A DNA stretch of 64,000 nt from an uncultured Ruminococcus sp. (GTDB taxonomy: Bacteria > Bacillota > Clostridia > Oscillospirales > CAG-272): positions 18,940-82,939 of the forward strand of contig CAJKRH010000001.1 of NCBI GenBank assembly GCA_905202255.1, written 5' to 3'. A program made the translations under genes and the position numbers. Shown here in pieces: positions 17,229 through 26,207 of the stretch. Numbering within the stretch: the first letter of the stretch is position 1; each line of letters opens with the position of its first letter. The notes below the pieces were generated by a model. It was not told where the DNA came from. It made no database searches and saw nothing but the letters and a program-made list of their open reading frames with translations.

Positions 17229-19664
17229 ATGAAAACTTATCTTTGGCTTTTTCTCGTATCGCTTTGCCCCGTGGTATTGTCGGCGCTCGTCTATATGGCT
17301 GAGCGGACAAAAGCCGCGCGTAAAATGCCGTATATGGCAAAGCAGATACTGATAGGAATCATGTTCGGCGCGCTGGCAATCATGGGCACGGAATGCGGCG
17401 TCAAAATCGAGGGCGCGGTCATAAACGCCCGCGACGCTTCGCCAATCTGTGCAGGGCTTCTCTTCGGCGCTCCCGCGGGAATCATAGCGGGCGTCATCGG
17501 CGGAGTTGAGCGCTGGTTTGCCGTTTTCTGGGGCGCGGGCGAATATACGCGCCTTGCCTGCAGTATTTCGACTGTTCTCGCAGGCGTTTTCGCGGCTGTT
17601 CTGCGCAAATATATGTTTGACAACAAGAAGCCGAGATGGCACTACTGCCTCGCGACCGCAATCATAACGGAAGTCATACATATGCTGATGATATTCCTGA
17701 CGAATATGTCGGATGTGCACACCGCATTTTCATTCGTGCGCGCATGCTCGCTCCCGATGATAGCGGTAAACGGTCTTTCCGTAATGCTCGCGGGCGCCCT
17801 GCTGTCGCTCCTCTCGGAAAAAGAGCGCAAAAGCACGCGGCACAATCTGAAAAATATCTCGCAGTCCTTTCAGCGATGGCTTCTCATATGCGTGACCGCA
17901 GGCTTCCTCATGACGACGGTATTCACATGGGCGCTTCAGACGGAGCTTGCGAAAAACGACGCAAACGAGCTTATCAGGCTCAATATCGAAGATGTCCGCG
18001 AGGATATCCTCGAGGCTTCAAACAAGAATCTCCTTGAAATCACACGAGAAATTGCCTCGCGCATAGATTCATCCGACAGAGCGAACGCAAAACTGCTCAA
18101 AATGCTCGGAAAAGAATACGATATCGCGGAAATCAATATAATAAACAGTGACGGAATCATAACCGTTTCGACATATGACAGCTTTCTGAATTACGATATG
18201 CGCGGCGGCGAGCAGTCGGCGGAATTTCTCGTTCTCCTCGACGGAGAGACGAAAGAATATGTCCAGAGCTATCAGCCCACCTCATCCGACCCGACCATCT
18301 CGCGCAAATACGCGGGCGTAGCGCTTGCCGACGGCGGCTTTATTCAGGTCGCATACGATGCGGAGCGCTTCCAGAGGGATATCGACGATGTCGTCATCGG
18401 CGTCACGCGGAACCGCCATATCGGCGAGAGCGGAGCGCTCATCATCGTCGGAGAGGACTGGAATATCGTCAGCGACAGACACGGCAACGAGGGCTTAAAC
18501 CTCTATGTCACGGGAATATATATCGACCGCGACACCATGCCCGAAGATAAAACTTTCGAGGCTGTCGCCTACGGTGAGCCGGCATTCTGCTCGTATATCA
18601 TTTCCGAGGGCTACTATATCGTAGCCGTCATGCCGCAGAGCGAAGCGATGTTCTCCCGCGATATCTCCGTGTATATCACGGTATTCATGGAATTTGTCGT
18701 TTTCGGCATGCTCTTCATAGTTGTCTACTTTCTCATAAAGAAGCTTGTGGTGGACAACATGGTCAAGATAAACCGGTCGCTTGCCATGATAACGGGCGGC
18801 AATCTCGACACGGTCGTCAATGTCAGAACAAACGAGGAATTTGCCTCGCTCTCCGACGATATAAATTCGACCGTCGTCACGCTCAAGCGCTATATCGCGG
18901 AGGCGGCGGCGCGTATCGACCGCGAACTCGAATTTGCAAGGTCGATTCAGCATTCGGCGATTCCTTCGGTATTCCCGCCTTATCCCGGGCACAGCGAATT
19001 TGACATATACGCCACGATGGACACGGCAAAGGAGGTCGGCGGCGACTTCTACGATTTCTATTTCGTAGGCGAAAACAAACTCGGCTTCCTCATCGCCGAT
19101 GTTTCCGGCAAGGGAATCCCCGCCGCCATGTTCATGATGACGGCGAAAACCATAATCAAAGGCTATGCCGAAGCCGGCAAGCCTGTGGATGAAGTATTCA
19201 CCACGGCAAACGAAAAACTCTGCGAATCCAACGAAGCGGGAATGTTCGTCACGGCATGGATGGGCGAACTCGATATAGTGACAGGCAAGGTGGAATTTGC
19301 AAATGCAGGGCACAATCCCCCTCTTGTGCGGCATGCAGGCGGCGGCTTTGAATATATGAAATCCAAGCCCGGCTTCATTCTTGCCGGCATGGAGGGTATG
19401 AAATACCGCAAAAACGAATTTACGCTCGCACCCGGCGACGAAATATATCTCTATACCGACGGCGTGACGGAAGCCACGGACAGCGAAAACAATCTTTACG
19501 GCGAGGAGCGGCTTCTCGCTCTGCTGAACAGCATGGGCGATCTCACAGGTGAAGAGATATGCCGCGCCGTGAAAGCCGATATAGACGCTTTTGTCGGAGA
19601 TGCCCCTCAATTTGACGATATTACGATGCTTTATCTGAAATATAACGGAGGTGACGCAAAATGA
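17229..19664 (+). CDS. Membrane sensor PP2C phosphatase (5TMR-LYT-like N-terminus, Cache-like domain, TM/HAMP, SpoIIE/PP2C domain)
   Basis: The N-terminal multi-TM region contains ARDASPICAGLLFGAPAGIIAGVIGGVERW. A central periplasmic-type domain and a second TM plus HAMP-like segment follow. The C-terminal PP2C motifs are GGDFYDF and LYTDGVTEA. Confidence 0.85.
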   Translation: MKTYLWLFLVSLCPVVLSALVYMAERTKAARKMPYMAKQILIGIMFGALAIMGTECGVKIEGAVINARDASPICAGLLFGAPAGIIAGVIGGVERWFAVFWGAGEYTRLACSISTVLAGVFAAVLRKYMFDNKKPRWHYCLATAIITEVIHMLMIFLTNMSDVHTAFSFVRACSLPMIAVNGLSVMLAGALLSLLSEKERKSTRHNLKNISQSFQRWLLICVTAGFLMTTVFTWALQTELAKNDANELIRLNIEDVREDILEASNKNLLEITREIASRIDSSDRANAKLLKMLGKEYDIAEINIINSDGIITVSTYDSFLNYDMRGGEQSAEFLVLLDGETKEYVQSYQPTSSDPTISRKYAGVALADGGFIQVAYDAERFQRDIDDVVIGVTRNRHIGESGALIIVGEDWNIVSDRHGNEGLNLYVTGIYIDRDTMPEDKTFEAVAYGEPAFCSYIISEGYYIVAVMPQSEAMFSRDISVYITVFMEFVVFGMLFIVVYFLIKKLVVDNMVKINRSLAMITGGNLDTVVNVRTNEEFASLSDDINSTVVTLKRYIAEAAARIDRELEFARSIQHSAIPSVFPPYPGHSEFDIYATMDTAKEVGGDFYDFYFVGENKLGFLIADVSGKGIPAAMFMMTAKTIIKGYAEAGKPVDEVFTTANEKLCESNEAGMFVTAWMGELDIVTGKVEFANAGHNPPLVRHAGGGFEYMKSKPGFILAGMEGMKYRKNEFTLAPGDEIYLYTDGVTEATDSENNLYGEERLLALLNSMGDLTGEEICRAVKADIDAFVGDAPQFDDITMLYLKYNGGDAK

Positions 19665-20068
19665 AAGAACTTACTCTTCCCGCAACCATAGAAAATATAG
19701 AAAAAGTGACCGATTTTGTCAACGAACAGCTTGAGGAAATCGAATGCCCGATGAAAGCGCAGATGCAGATAGACATCGCGATAGACGAGCTTTTCGGCAA
19801 TATAGCGCACTATGCATATAATCCCGAGACGGGTCCCGCAACGGTTCGCGTCGAGGTCACGGAGGAGCCTATCTCCGTGGTTATCACATTCATAGATCAC
19901 GGCGTGCCGTATGACCCGCTGAAAAAGGACGACCCCGATATCACGCTTTCCGCAGAGGAACGCGCCATCGGCGGACTCGGAGTTTTCATGGTGAAAAAGA
20001 CCATGGACGAGATTTCCTACGAATACAGGGACGGGAAGAATATCCTCCGCATAAAAAAGAATATGTGA
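19661..20068 (+). CDS. RsbW/SpoIIAB-like anti-sigma factor Ser kinase (HATPase_c)
   Basis: 135 aa containing ...IDELFGNIAHYAY and GGLGVFMVKKTMDE (G-box). ATGA overlap with the phosphatase gene. Confidence 0.8.
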   Translation: MKELTLPATIENIEKVTDFVNEQLEEIECPMKAQMQIDIAIDELFGNIAHYAYNPETGPATVRVEVTEEPISVVITFIDHGVPYDPLKKDDPDITLSAEERAIGGLGVFMVKKTMDEISYEYRDGKNILRIKKNM

Positions 20069-20108
20069 GCTTATTCATTTATAAATCAAACTTCAGAGAG
20101 GTAGAAAT

Positions 20109-20585
20109 ATGAACAGCAGTATTTTTCGCCGGAAAAGCATGGATAAAATCTCGTCTCCCGAGCAGATGAACGATTACATCCGCGTCGCAAACCCGAGCGT
20201 ATGGATGATTCTCGCCGCAGTCATCGTGCTTCTTATCGGCGTGTGCGTGTGGGGAATATACGGACAGCTCGACACAAAGCTGCAGACAGGCGGCATATGC
20301 GAGGACGGGAAGCTCGTATGCTATATAGGCGAAGCCGATTTTGAAAAGGTACAGTCCGGCATGAGCGTGACGGTAGGCGAAAACGAATATACCGTTTCGT
20401 CCGTTGCGTCGGAGCCGACGCGCCTTGACGAAAGCACAGGCTCCTATCTGATACATCTCGCGGGGCTTGCGGAGGGCGACTGGGCTTATGCCGTCGTCGT
20501 AGACGCGCCCGACCTGCAAAACGGCACCTACAGCGTCTCGATAATTCTCGAGCGCGTAAGACCGCTCGACTTTGTACTCGGCTGA
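20109..20585 (+). CDS. Short HlyD-like secretion adaptor of the NHLP/bacteriocin type
   Basis: FRRKSMDKISSPEQMNDYIRV plus a single TM helix (VWMILAAVIVLLIGVCVW) matches the N-terminal signature of bacteriocin-system HlyD proteins. At 158 aa it lacks the long coiled-coil hairpin. Confidence 0.6.
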   Translation: MNSSIFRRKSMDKISSPEQMNDYIRVANPSVWMILAAVIVLLIGVCVWGIYGQLDTKLQTGGICEDGKLVCYIGEADFEKVQSGMSVTVGENEYTVSSVASEPTRLDESTGSYLIHLAGLAEGDWAYAVVVDAPDLQNGTYSVSIILERVRPLDFVLG

Positions 20586-20595
20586 GGTGCGCAGA

Positions 20596-22776
20596 ATGAA
20601 GGAAAATAAAAAAATCAAATCCCCCGTGACAAAAGGGGTGGCGAAAGTTCCCGTCGTGATGCAGATGGAGGCGCTCGAATGCGGCGCCGCAAGCCTTGCG
20701 ATGATTCTCGCCTACTATGGTAAGTGGATACCGCTCGAGCAGGTTCGCCTCGACTGCGGCGTTTCGCGCGACGGCTCGAATGCAAGAAATGTCCTGCGCG
20801 CCGCCCGCAGTTATGGTCTCACGGCAAAGGGATATCGCTATGAGCCCGAAATGCTTCGCAAGGAGGGCAAATTCCCCTGCATCATCCACTGGAATTTCAA
20901 CCATTTCGTCGTGCTCGACGGCTTCCGCGGAAACAAGGCGGTGCTGAACGACCCCGCGAAAGGTACATATACGGTTTCGATGAAAACCTTTGACGAATCC
21001 TTTACGGGAATATGCCTTTTCTTTGAGCCGGACGAAAATTTCATTCCCGGCGGCAAGCCGCAGTCCATGATAAGCTATGCGAAAAAGCGGCTGAAAGGCG
21101 CGGGAACGGCTATAGCTTTTGTCACACTGACGACGATTATTACTTCCCTGTTCGGCATTATAACGCCCGCATTTTCACGCGTTTTTCTCGACCGACTGCT
21201 GACGGGAGAAAATCCCGATTGGCTCATGCCGTTTACGCTCGCGCTCGCGGGCATCAGCCTGATACAGCTGATAGTCGCATGGGTTCAGGCGGTCTATTCG
21301 CTGAAAATCAACGGCAAGCTCGCCATGGTCGGCAATACGGAATTTATGTGGAAAGTGCTCCGCATGCCGATGGAGTTTTTCTCTCAGCGCATGGCAGGCG
21401 ATATACAGGGCAGGCAGTTTTCAAACTCGACAATAGCGGAGCAGCTTGTAAACACCTTCGCGCCGCTCGCGCTCAATGCGCTGATGATGGTATTTTACCT
21501 CGTTGTCATGCTCCGCTACAGCGTGCTTCTGACTCTCATCGGGCTCTCCTCGGTGCTTGCAAACCTGATTCTGTCACGAGTGATATCAAAAAAGCGCATA
21601 AACATCACGCGCGTTCAGATGCGTGATGCGGGCAAGCTTGCGGGAACAACCGTCGCGGGCATAGAAATGATAGAAACCATCAAAGCGAGCGGCGCCGAAA
21701 ACGGATTTTTCGAAAAATGGGCTGGCTATCAGGCGAGCGTCAATACAAATCAGGTGCGTTTTCAGCGCATGAATCAGATTCTCGGTCTGCTTCCTCAGCT
21801 CATAAGCTCTGTATGCGGCACAGCCGTGCTGATGACAGGTGTTTTTCTCGCCATGAAAGGAGAATTCACCGTCGGTATGATAATGGCTTTTCAGGGCTTC
21901 CTCTCCTCATTCGTCTCTCCTGCGATGACGCTTATCTCCGCAGGTCAGTCACTCCAGGAGATGCGCACGGTCATGGAGCGCATCGAGGATGTTATGAAAT
22001 ATCCGACGGACACTGTCCTTGATGCGGCGGCGGATGAAAATGCCGAATATGACAAGCTCTCGGGCAATATCGAGCTGAAAAATGTGACATTCGGCTATTC
22101 GCGCCTTGCCGACCCGCTGATAAAAGATTTCAGCATGACGCTCCGTCCGGGCAGCCGCGTGGCTTTCGTCGGTCCCTCCGGATGCGGCAAATCCACACTC
22201 TCAAAGCTTATCTCGGGGCTTTACAAGCCTTGGAGCGGCGAAATACTTTTTGACGGCAAGCCGATTTCCGAGATAGACCGAAGCGTCTTTACAGGCTCTC
22301 TTGCCGTAGTCGACCAGGATATCATCCTCTTTGAGGACACCATAGCAAACAATATAAAAATGTGGGACAATTCGATAGAGGATTTCGAAATGATAATGGC
22401 GGCGCGCGACGCGCAGCTTCATGAGGACATCATGCAGCGCGACGGCGGCTATCAGTATAAGCTGACAGAGGGCGGCAAGGACTTCTCGGGCGGTCAGCGT
22501 CAGCGCATGGAAATAGCGCGCGTGCTCGCGCAGGACCCGACGATAATCATTCTCGATGAGGCGACGAGTGCACTCGATGCCAAAACGGAATACGATGTTG
22601 TGAAATCCATCAAGGACCGCGGCATCACCTGCATAGTGGTGGCGCACCGCCTTTCCACAATACGCGACTGCGACGAGATAATCGTTCTCGACCGCGGCAT
22701 CGTCGTCGAGCGCGGCACCCACGAGGAGCTGATGAAAAACGGCGGCGCGTATACGCAGCTTGTAGCAAACGAATAA
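20596..22776 (+). CDS. Bacteriocin/NHLP-type ABC exporter with N-terminal C39 peptidase domain
   Basis: C39 catalytic region QMEALECGAASLAMILAYYG, a six-TM core, Walker A GPSGCGKST, signature FSGGQRQR and Walker B IIILDEATSALD. Confidence 0.9.
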   Translation: MKENKKIKSPVTKGVAKVPVVMQMEALECGAASLAMILAYYGKWIPLEQVRLDCGVSRDGSNARNVLRAARSYGLTAKGYRYEPEMLRKEGKFPCIIHWNFNHFVVLDGFRGNKAVLNDPAKGTYTVSMKTFDESFTGICLFFEPDENFIPGGKPQSMISYAKKRLKGAGTAIAFVTLTTIITSLFGIITPAFSRVFLDRLLTGENPDWLMPFTLALAGISLIQLIVAWVQAVYSLKINGKLAMVGNTEFMWKVLRMPMEFFSQRMAGDIQGRQFSNSTIAEQLVNTFAPLALNALMMVFYLVVMLRYSVLLTLIGLSSVLANLILSRVISKKRINITRVQMRDAGKLAGTTVAGIEMIETIKASGAENGFFEKWAGYQASVNTNQVRFQRMNQILGLLPQLISSVCGTAVLMTGVFLAMKGEFTVGMIMAFQGFLSSFVSPAMTLISAGQSLQEMRTVMERIEDVMKYPTDTVLDAAADENAEYDKLSGNIELKNVTFGYSRLADPLIKDFSMTLRPGSRVAFVGPSGCGKSTLSKLISGLYKPWSGEILFDGKPISEIDRSVFTGSLAVVDQDIILFEDTIANNIKMWDNSIEDFEMIMAARDAQLHEDIMQRDGGYQYKLTEGGKDFSGGQRQRMEIARVLAQDPTIIILDEATSALDAKTEYDVVKSIKDRGITCIVVAHRLSTIRDCDEIIVLDRGIVVERGTHEELMKNGGAYTQLVANE

Positions 22777-22791
22777 GGAGGCAGACAGAAT

Positions 22792-24981
22792 ATGGGTTGG
22801 TTTGACGAACAGATAAAAGACCGTAAACGAAACGACGATGACGCTTTTGCCGAAGCGTTTGCCAATATGGCGTCTGCCATAACCGGAAAAAAAATAGAGG
22901 CTTCCTTAAATAATGACCGCACCGTCACAAAGAATGCCATTGATGAAATACTGAAATATTACCATGTAAAAAGCCGTGAGGTTCCCGACGGAATCTCCGA
23001 TATGAACGAGCAGCTCGAATATCTGATGCGCCCCTACGGCATTATGCGGCGCACGGTAAAACTCGAGGAGGGCTGGTACCGCGATGCCGCGGGAGCCATG
23101 CTCGGCGTGCTCGCGGAAAGCGGCAGAGTCGTCGCGCTCATTCCCACAGGGCTTTCGGGCTACAGTTATTTTGACTGGGAAACCGGCAAGCGCCGCCGCA
23201 TAAACCGCAAAAATCAGCATCTTTTCGAGGAGGAAGCTATCGCTTTCTATAAGCCGTTTCCGCTGAAAAAGATAAGTCTCCCCTCGCTTGCCGCGTATAT
23301 CGCTCGGACGCTTTCCGTCTCCGACTATGTGATGATAGGGCTGGCGACTCTCGCGCTATCGCTCATCGGCATGATATCGCCGCTGATTACGAAACTGCTT
23401 TTTGACCGCGTACTGCTCTCGGGCAATGTCCGCCTGCTTATCGCGATAGCGTTTTTCTCGGTTTCCGTCTCGGTGAGCACCCTGCTCATCTCCGCCGTGA
23501 AGAATATGGTCACGGCGCGGATTGAGACAAAGCTGAATATCTCCATAGAGGCGGCTACGATGATGCGTATCATGTCGCTTCCCGCAGACTTTTTCAAGCA
23601 ATACAGCTCAGGTGAGCTTTCGAGCCGCGCATCGCAGATCGGCGCGCTCTGCAAGATGCTCGCCTCCACCGTGCTCTCAACGGGACTGACCTCGGTGTTT
23701 TCTCTCGTCTACATATCGCAGATATTCGCCTATGCTCCGATGCTTGTCGTGCCTGCACTGCTTATCATACTGGCGACAGTCGTATTTTCCGTCGTCTCGT
23801 CGCTTGTCCAGATGAACCTGAGCACGCGCCAGATGGAGCTCTCCGGCAAGGAAAGCGGCATGACATATTCGCTCATCACGGGAATACAGAAAATAAAGCT
23901 TGCGGGCGCCGAGAAGCGTGCCTTTGCGAGATGGGGCAATCTCTATGCCCAGAGCGCGAAACTTGAATACGGTCCTCCCGCATTCATCGAGCTCAATTCC
24001 GTCATCGCGCTCGCCATCAGTCTGGTCGGAACCATCGTGATGTACAGCATGGCGGTGAAATCCGGCATTTCCGTCGCCGATTACTACGCTTTCACTACCG
24101 CCTACGGCATGGTTTCGGGCGCTTTCAGCGCTCTTGCGGGAATCGCTCTGAATGTCGCGCAGATAAAGCCGATGCTGACAATGGTACAGCCGTTTTTTGA
24201 CGCCGTTCCGGAGGTTTCGGACGGCAAGCAGGTGCTCACACGCCTCTCGGGCGGAATAGAAATGAACAATGTCTCTTTCAGATATTCCGAAAACATGCCG
24301 CTCATCATCGACAATCTCTCGCTCAAAATACGCCCCGGGCAGTATGTCGCGATAGTCGGCAAGACCGGCTGCGGAAAATCAACTCTCATGCGTCTGCTGC
24401 TCGGCTTTGAGCATCCGCAGAAAGGCGCCATATACTACGACGGCAAGGACCTCGAACGCATCGACCTGCGTTCCCTGCGCCGCAGAGTCGGCGTCGTCAT
24501 GCAGAACGGCAAGCTTTTCCAGGGCGATATCTACTCAAATATCGTCATTTCCGCGCCGTGGCTCTCGCAGGATGAGGCATGGGAAGCGGCGGAGCTTGCG
24601 GGCATCGCCGACGATATAAGAATGATGCCGATGGGCATGAATACCATCATTTCCGAGGGTTCGGGCGGCATATCGGGCGGTCAGCGGCAGAGACTGATGA
24701 TTGCGCGCGCCGTCGCACCGAAGCCGAAGATACTCATGTTTGACGAGGCGACAAGCGCACTCGACAACATGACGCAGAAAAAGGTTTCCGAGTCGCTTGA
24801 CGCACTCAAATGCACCCGCATCATCATCGCGCACCGCCTCTCCACGATAAAGCAGTGCGACAGGATAATCGTTCTCGACCACGGCAAGATAATCGAGGAC
24901 GGCAAATATGACGAACTTATCGCAAAGAACGGATTTTTCGCCGAGCTTGTGGCGCGCCAGCGCCTTGACGGAGCGCAGTAA
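22792..24981 (+). CDS. Second ABC exporter subunit (permease/ATPase, no peptidase domain)
   Basis: Walker A GKTGCGKST, signature ISGGQRQR and Walker B ILMFDEATSALD. An N-terminal domain of about 150 aa is non-C39. The paired arrangement is typical of NHLP/Nif11 export systems. Confidence 0.85.
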   Translation: MGWFDEQIKDRKRNDDDAFAEAFANMASAITGKKIEASLNNDRTVTKNAIDEILKYYHVKSREVPDGISDMNEQLEYLMRPYGIMRRTVKLEEGWYRDAAGAMLGVLAESGRVVALIPTGLSGYSYFDWETGKRRRINRKNQHLFEEEAIAFYKPFPLKKISLPSLAAYIARTLSVSDYVMIGLATLALSLIGMISPLITKLLFDRVLLSGNVRLLIAIAFFSVSVSVSTLLISAVKNMVTARIETKLNISIEAATMMRIMSLPADFFKQYSSGELSSRASQIGALCKMLASTVLSTGLTSVFSLVYISQIFAYAPMLVVPALLIILATVVFSVVSSLVQMNLSTRQMELSGKESGMTYSLITGIQKIKLAGAEKRAFARWGNLYAQSAKLEYGPPAFIELNSVIALAISLVGTIVMYSMAVKSGISVADYYAFTTAYGMVSGAFSALAGIALNVAQIKPMLTMVQPFFDAVPEVSDGKQVLTRLSGGIEMNNVSFRYSENMPLIIDNLSLKIRPGQYVAIVGKTGCGKSTLMRLLLGFEHPQKGAIYYDGKDLERIDLRSLRRRVGVVMQNGKLFQGDIYSNIVISAPWLSQDEAWEAAELAGIADDIRMMPMGMNTIISEGSGGISGGQRQRLMIARAVAPKPKILMFDEATSALDNMTQKKVSESLDALKCTRIIIAHRLSTIKQCDRIIVLDHGKIIEDGKYDELIAKNGFFAELVARQRLDGAQ

Positions 24982-25072
24982 AGGCGAATTTTGAAAAAAT
25001 ATAAAAAATTTTGAAATTTCATTAGCCTTTTTCATTTTTACTCCGTATAAATAAGCAGAAGGGAGAAAGAAA

Positions 25073-25309
25073 GTGATAAGAAGAAAAACCAATCAACAGA
25101 AAAAGACCTTTTCTGCAAGTGAAAAAGAACTTTTCGCACTTTTTGACTATCAGCGCTTTGAAAACGACCCTGTGCTGAAAGTGCTTATAGACGAAGCCGA
25201 GGGAGCTTTCGACTCCGAAATATCGGACGATATGCTTTCGCAGGTCAGCGCCGCGGGAGAAGCGACACCGGAGAGTAAACGCGAAGACCGCGAGGACGGT
25301 GCACTATGA
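25073..25309 (+). CDS. Small acidic protein, translationally coupled to the sigma factor gene
   Basis: GTG start with GGGAGA 8 nt upstream. 78 aa. The stop overlaps the sigma ATG (ATGA). It contains SEISDDMLSQVSAAGE, which resembles a degenerate double-glycine leader end. Confidence 0.5.
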   Translation: MIRRKTNQQKKTFSASEKELFALFDYQRFENDPVLKVLIDEAEGAFDSEISDDMLSQVSAAGEATPESKREDREDGAL

Positions 25310-25791
25310 TTTCGATGGCGGAAAAAGAAGAGCTTTACACAGAATACCGCGAAAAAGTTGCCGGCTATGTTTTCGGGAAACTGCAAAACAGACACGACGC
25401 CGAGGATATTATCAGCGAGATATTTCTGAAGGTATACGAAAAATATTCATCATACGACGGAGAGCGTGCTTCCCTCTCGACATGGATTTACACCGTTACG
25501 CGAAATACCGTAATCGACTATTTCCGCTCGAACAAAAGCGAAGAGGAACTGCCCGAAGATTTTTCCTGCGGCGACCTTGAAGAGGACGAATTTCTGAAAA
25601 AGGAATCTCTGCACGAGCTCGGCAGGGCGCTCACGGAGCTTGACGAACGCTCCCGCGCGCTGATAATATTCAGATACTACAAGGAAATGACTCTGAAAGA
25701 AATCGCCGACCGCATGGGAATCTCTTATGCATATGTGAAGATACTGCACAAAAGCGCACTGCACGACCTGCGGGCGCGGATAAGCAGATAG
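25306..25791 (+). CDS. ECF-like sigma-70 family RNA polymerase sigma factor
   Basis: 161 aa with region 2 (DAEDIISEIFLKVYEKY...STWIYTVTRNTVIDYFR) and a region 4 HTH (MTLKEIADRMGISYAYVKILHKSAL). Confidence 0.85.
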   Translation: MISMAEKEELYTEYREKVAGYVFGKLQNRHDAEDIISEIFLKVYEKYSSYDGERASLSTWIYTVTRNTVIDYFRSNKSEEELPEDFSCGDLEEDEFLKKESLHELGRALTELDERSRALIIFRYYKEMTLKEIADRMGISYAYVKILHKSALHDLRARISR

Positions 25792-25865
25792 TAAAAGTCA
25801 AAAAAGCTTCGGGCGGACGGGCTTTTCATACATCCGCCGCAAATTAACGAAAGGAAGAATAAACA

Positions 25866-26075
25866 ATGAAAATCGAAAGAAAAACACTCGAAGAAGTAAG
25901 AGGCGCAAAGAGCGCCGAGGAGCTGAAAACGCTCCTTGAGGGCAAAAACATCGCGCTGACAATGGCGCAGGCAGAGGAGCTTTTTGCCAAGCTGCCGCTC
26001 TCCGATGATGAGCTTGAGCAGGTCGCAGGAGGTATCTCGCTTCACAAACGCGTCGAATTTCCTCCTCGAAAATAA
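25866..26075 (+). CDS. Nif11-like leader peptide with double-glycine site and a 13-aa Cys-free core (ISLHKRVEFPPRK)
   Basis: The leader reads ...GAKSAEELKTLLEGKNIALTMAQAEELFAKLPLSDDELEQVAGG. AGGAAG lies upstream of the ATG. Confidence 0.7.
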   Translation: MKIERKTLEEVRGAKSAEELKTLLEGKNIALTMAQAEELFAKLPLSDDELEQVAGGISLHKRVEFPPRK

Positions 26076-26207
26076 GCCGCGCATAAAGGGGAAGTGCGAA
26101 ATACGGCTTTGCAAAAGCATCTGAGCCGGCAAGAATTTGCTTTGATGCGGCTTAAAGCAACCCTATCACAGCAAACAAAAAATAAAAATACAAAGGAGAG
26201 TACAACC

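Noticed and set aside
26094-26207. Upstream extensions of small genes in the ORF track: 26094 for the second precursor, 28876 for the GG zinc-ribbon peptide, 4913 for cas2 and 31353 for the RloB-like gene.
   Set aside because: The extensions overlap the preceding gene or lack an RBS. The internal ATGs have good Shine-Dalgarno sequences and give N-termini typical of the families.
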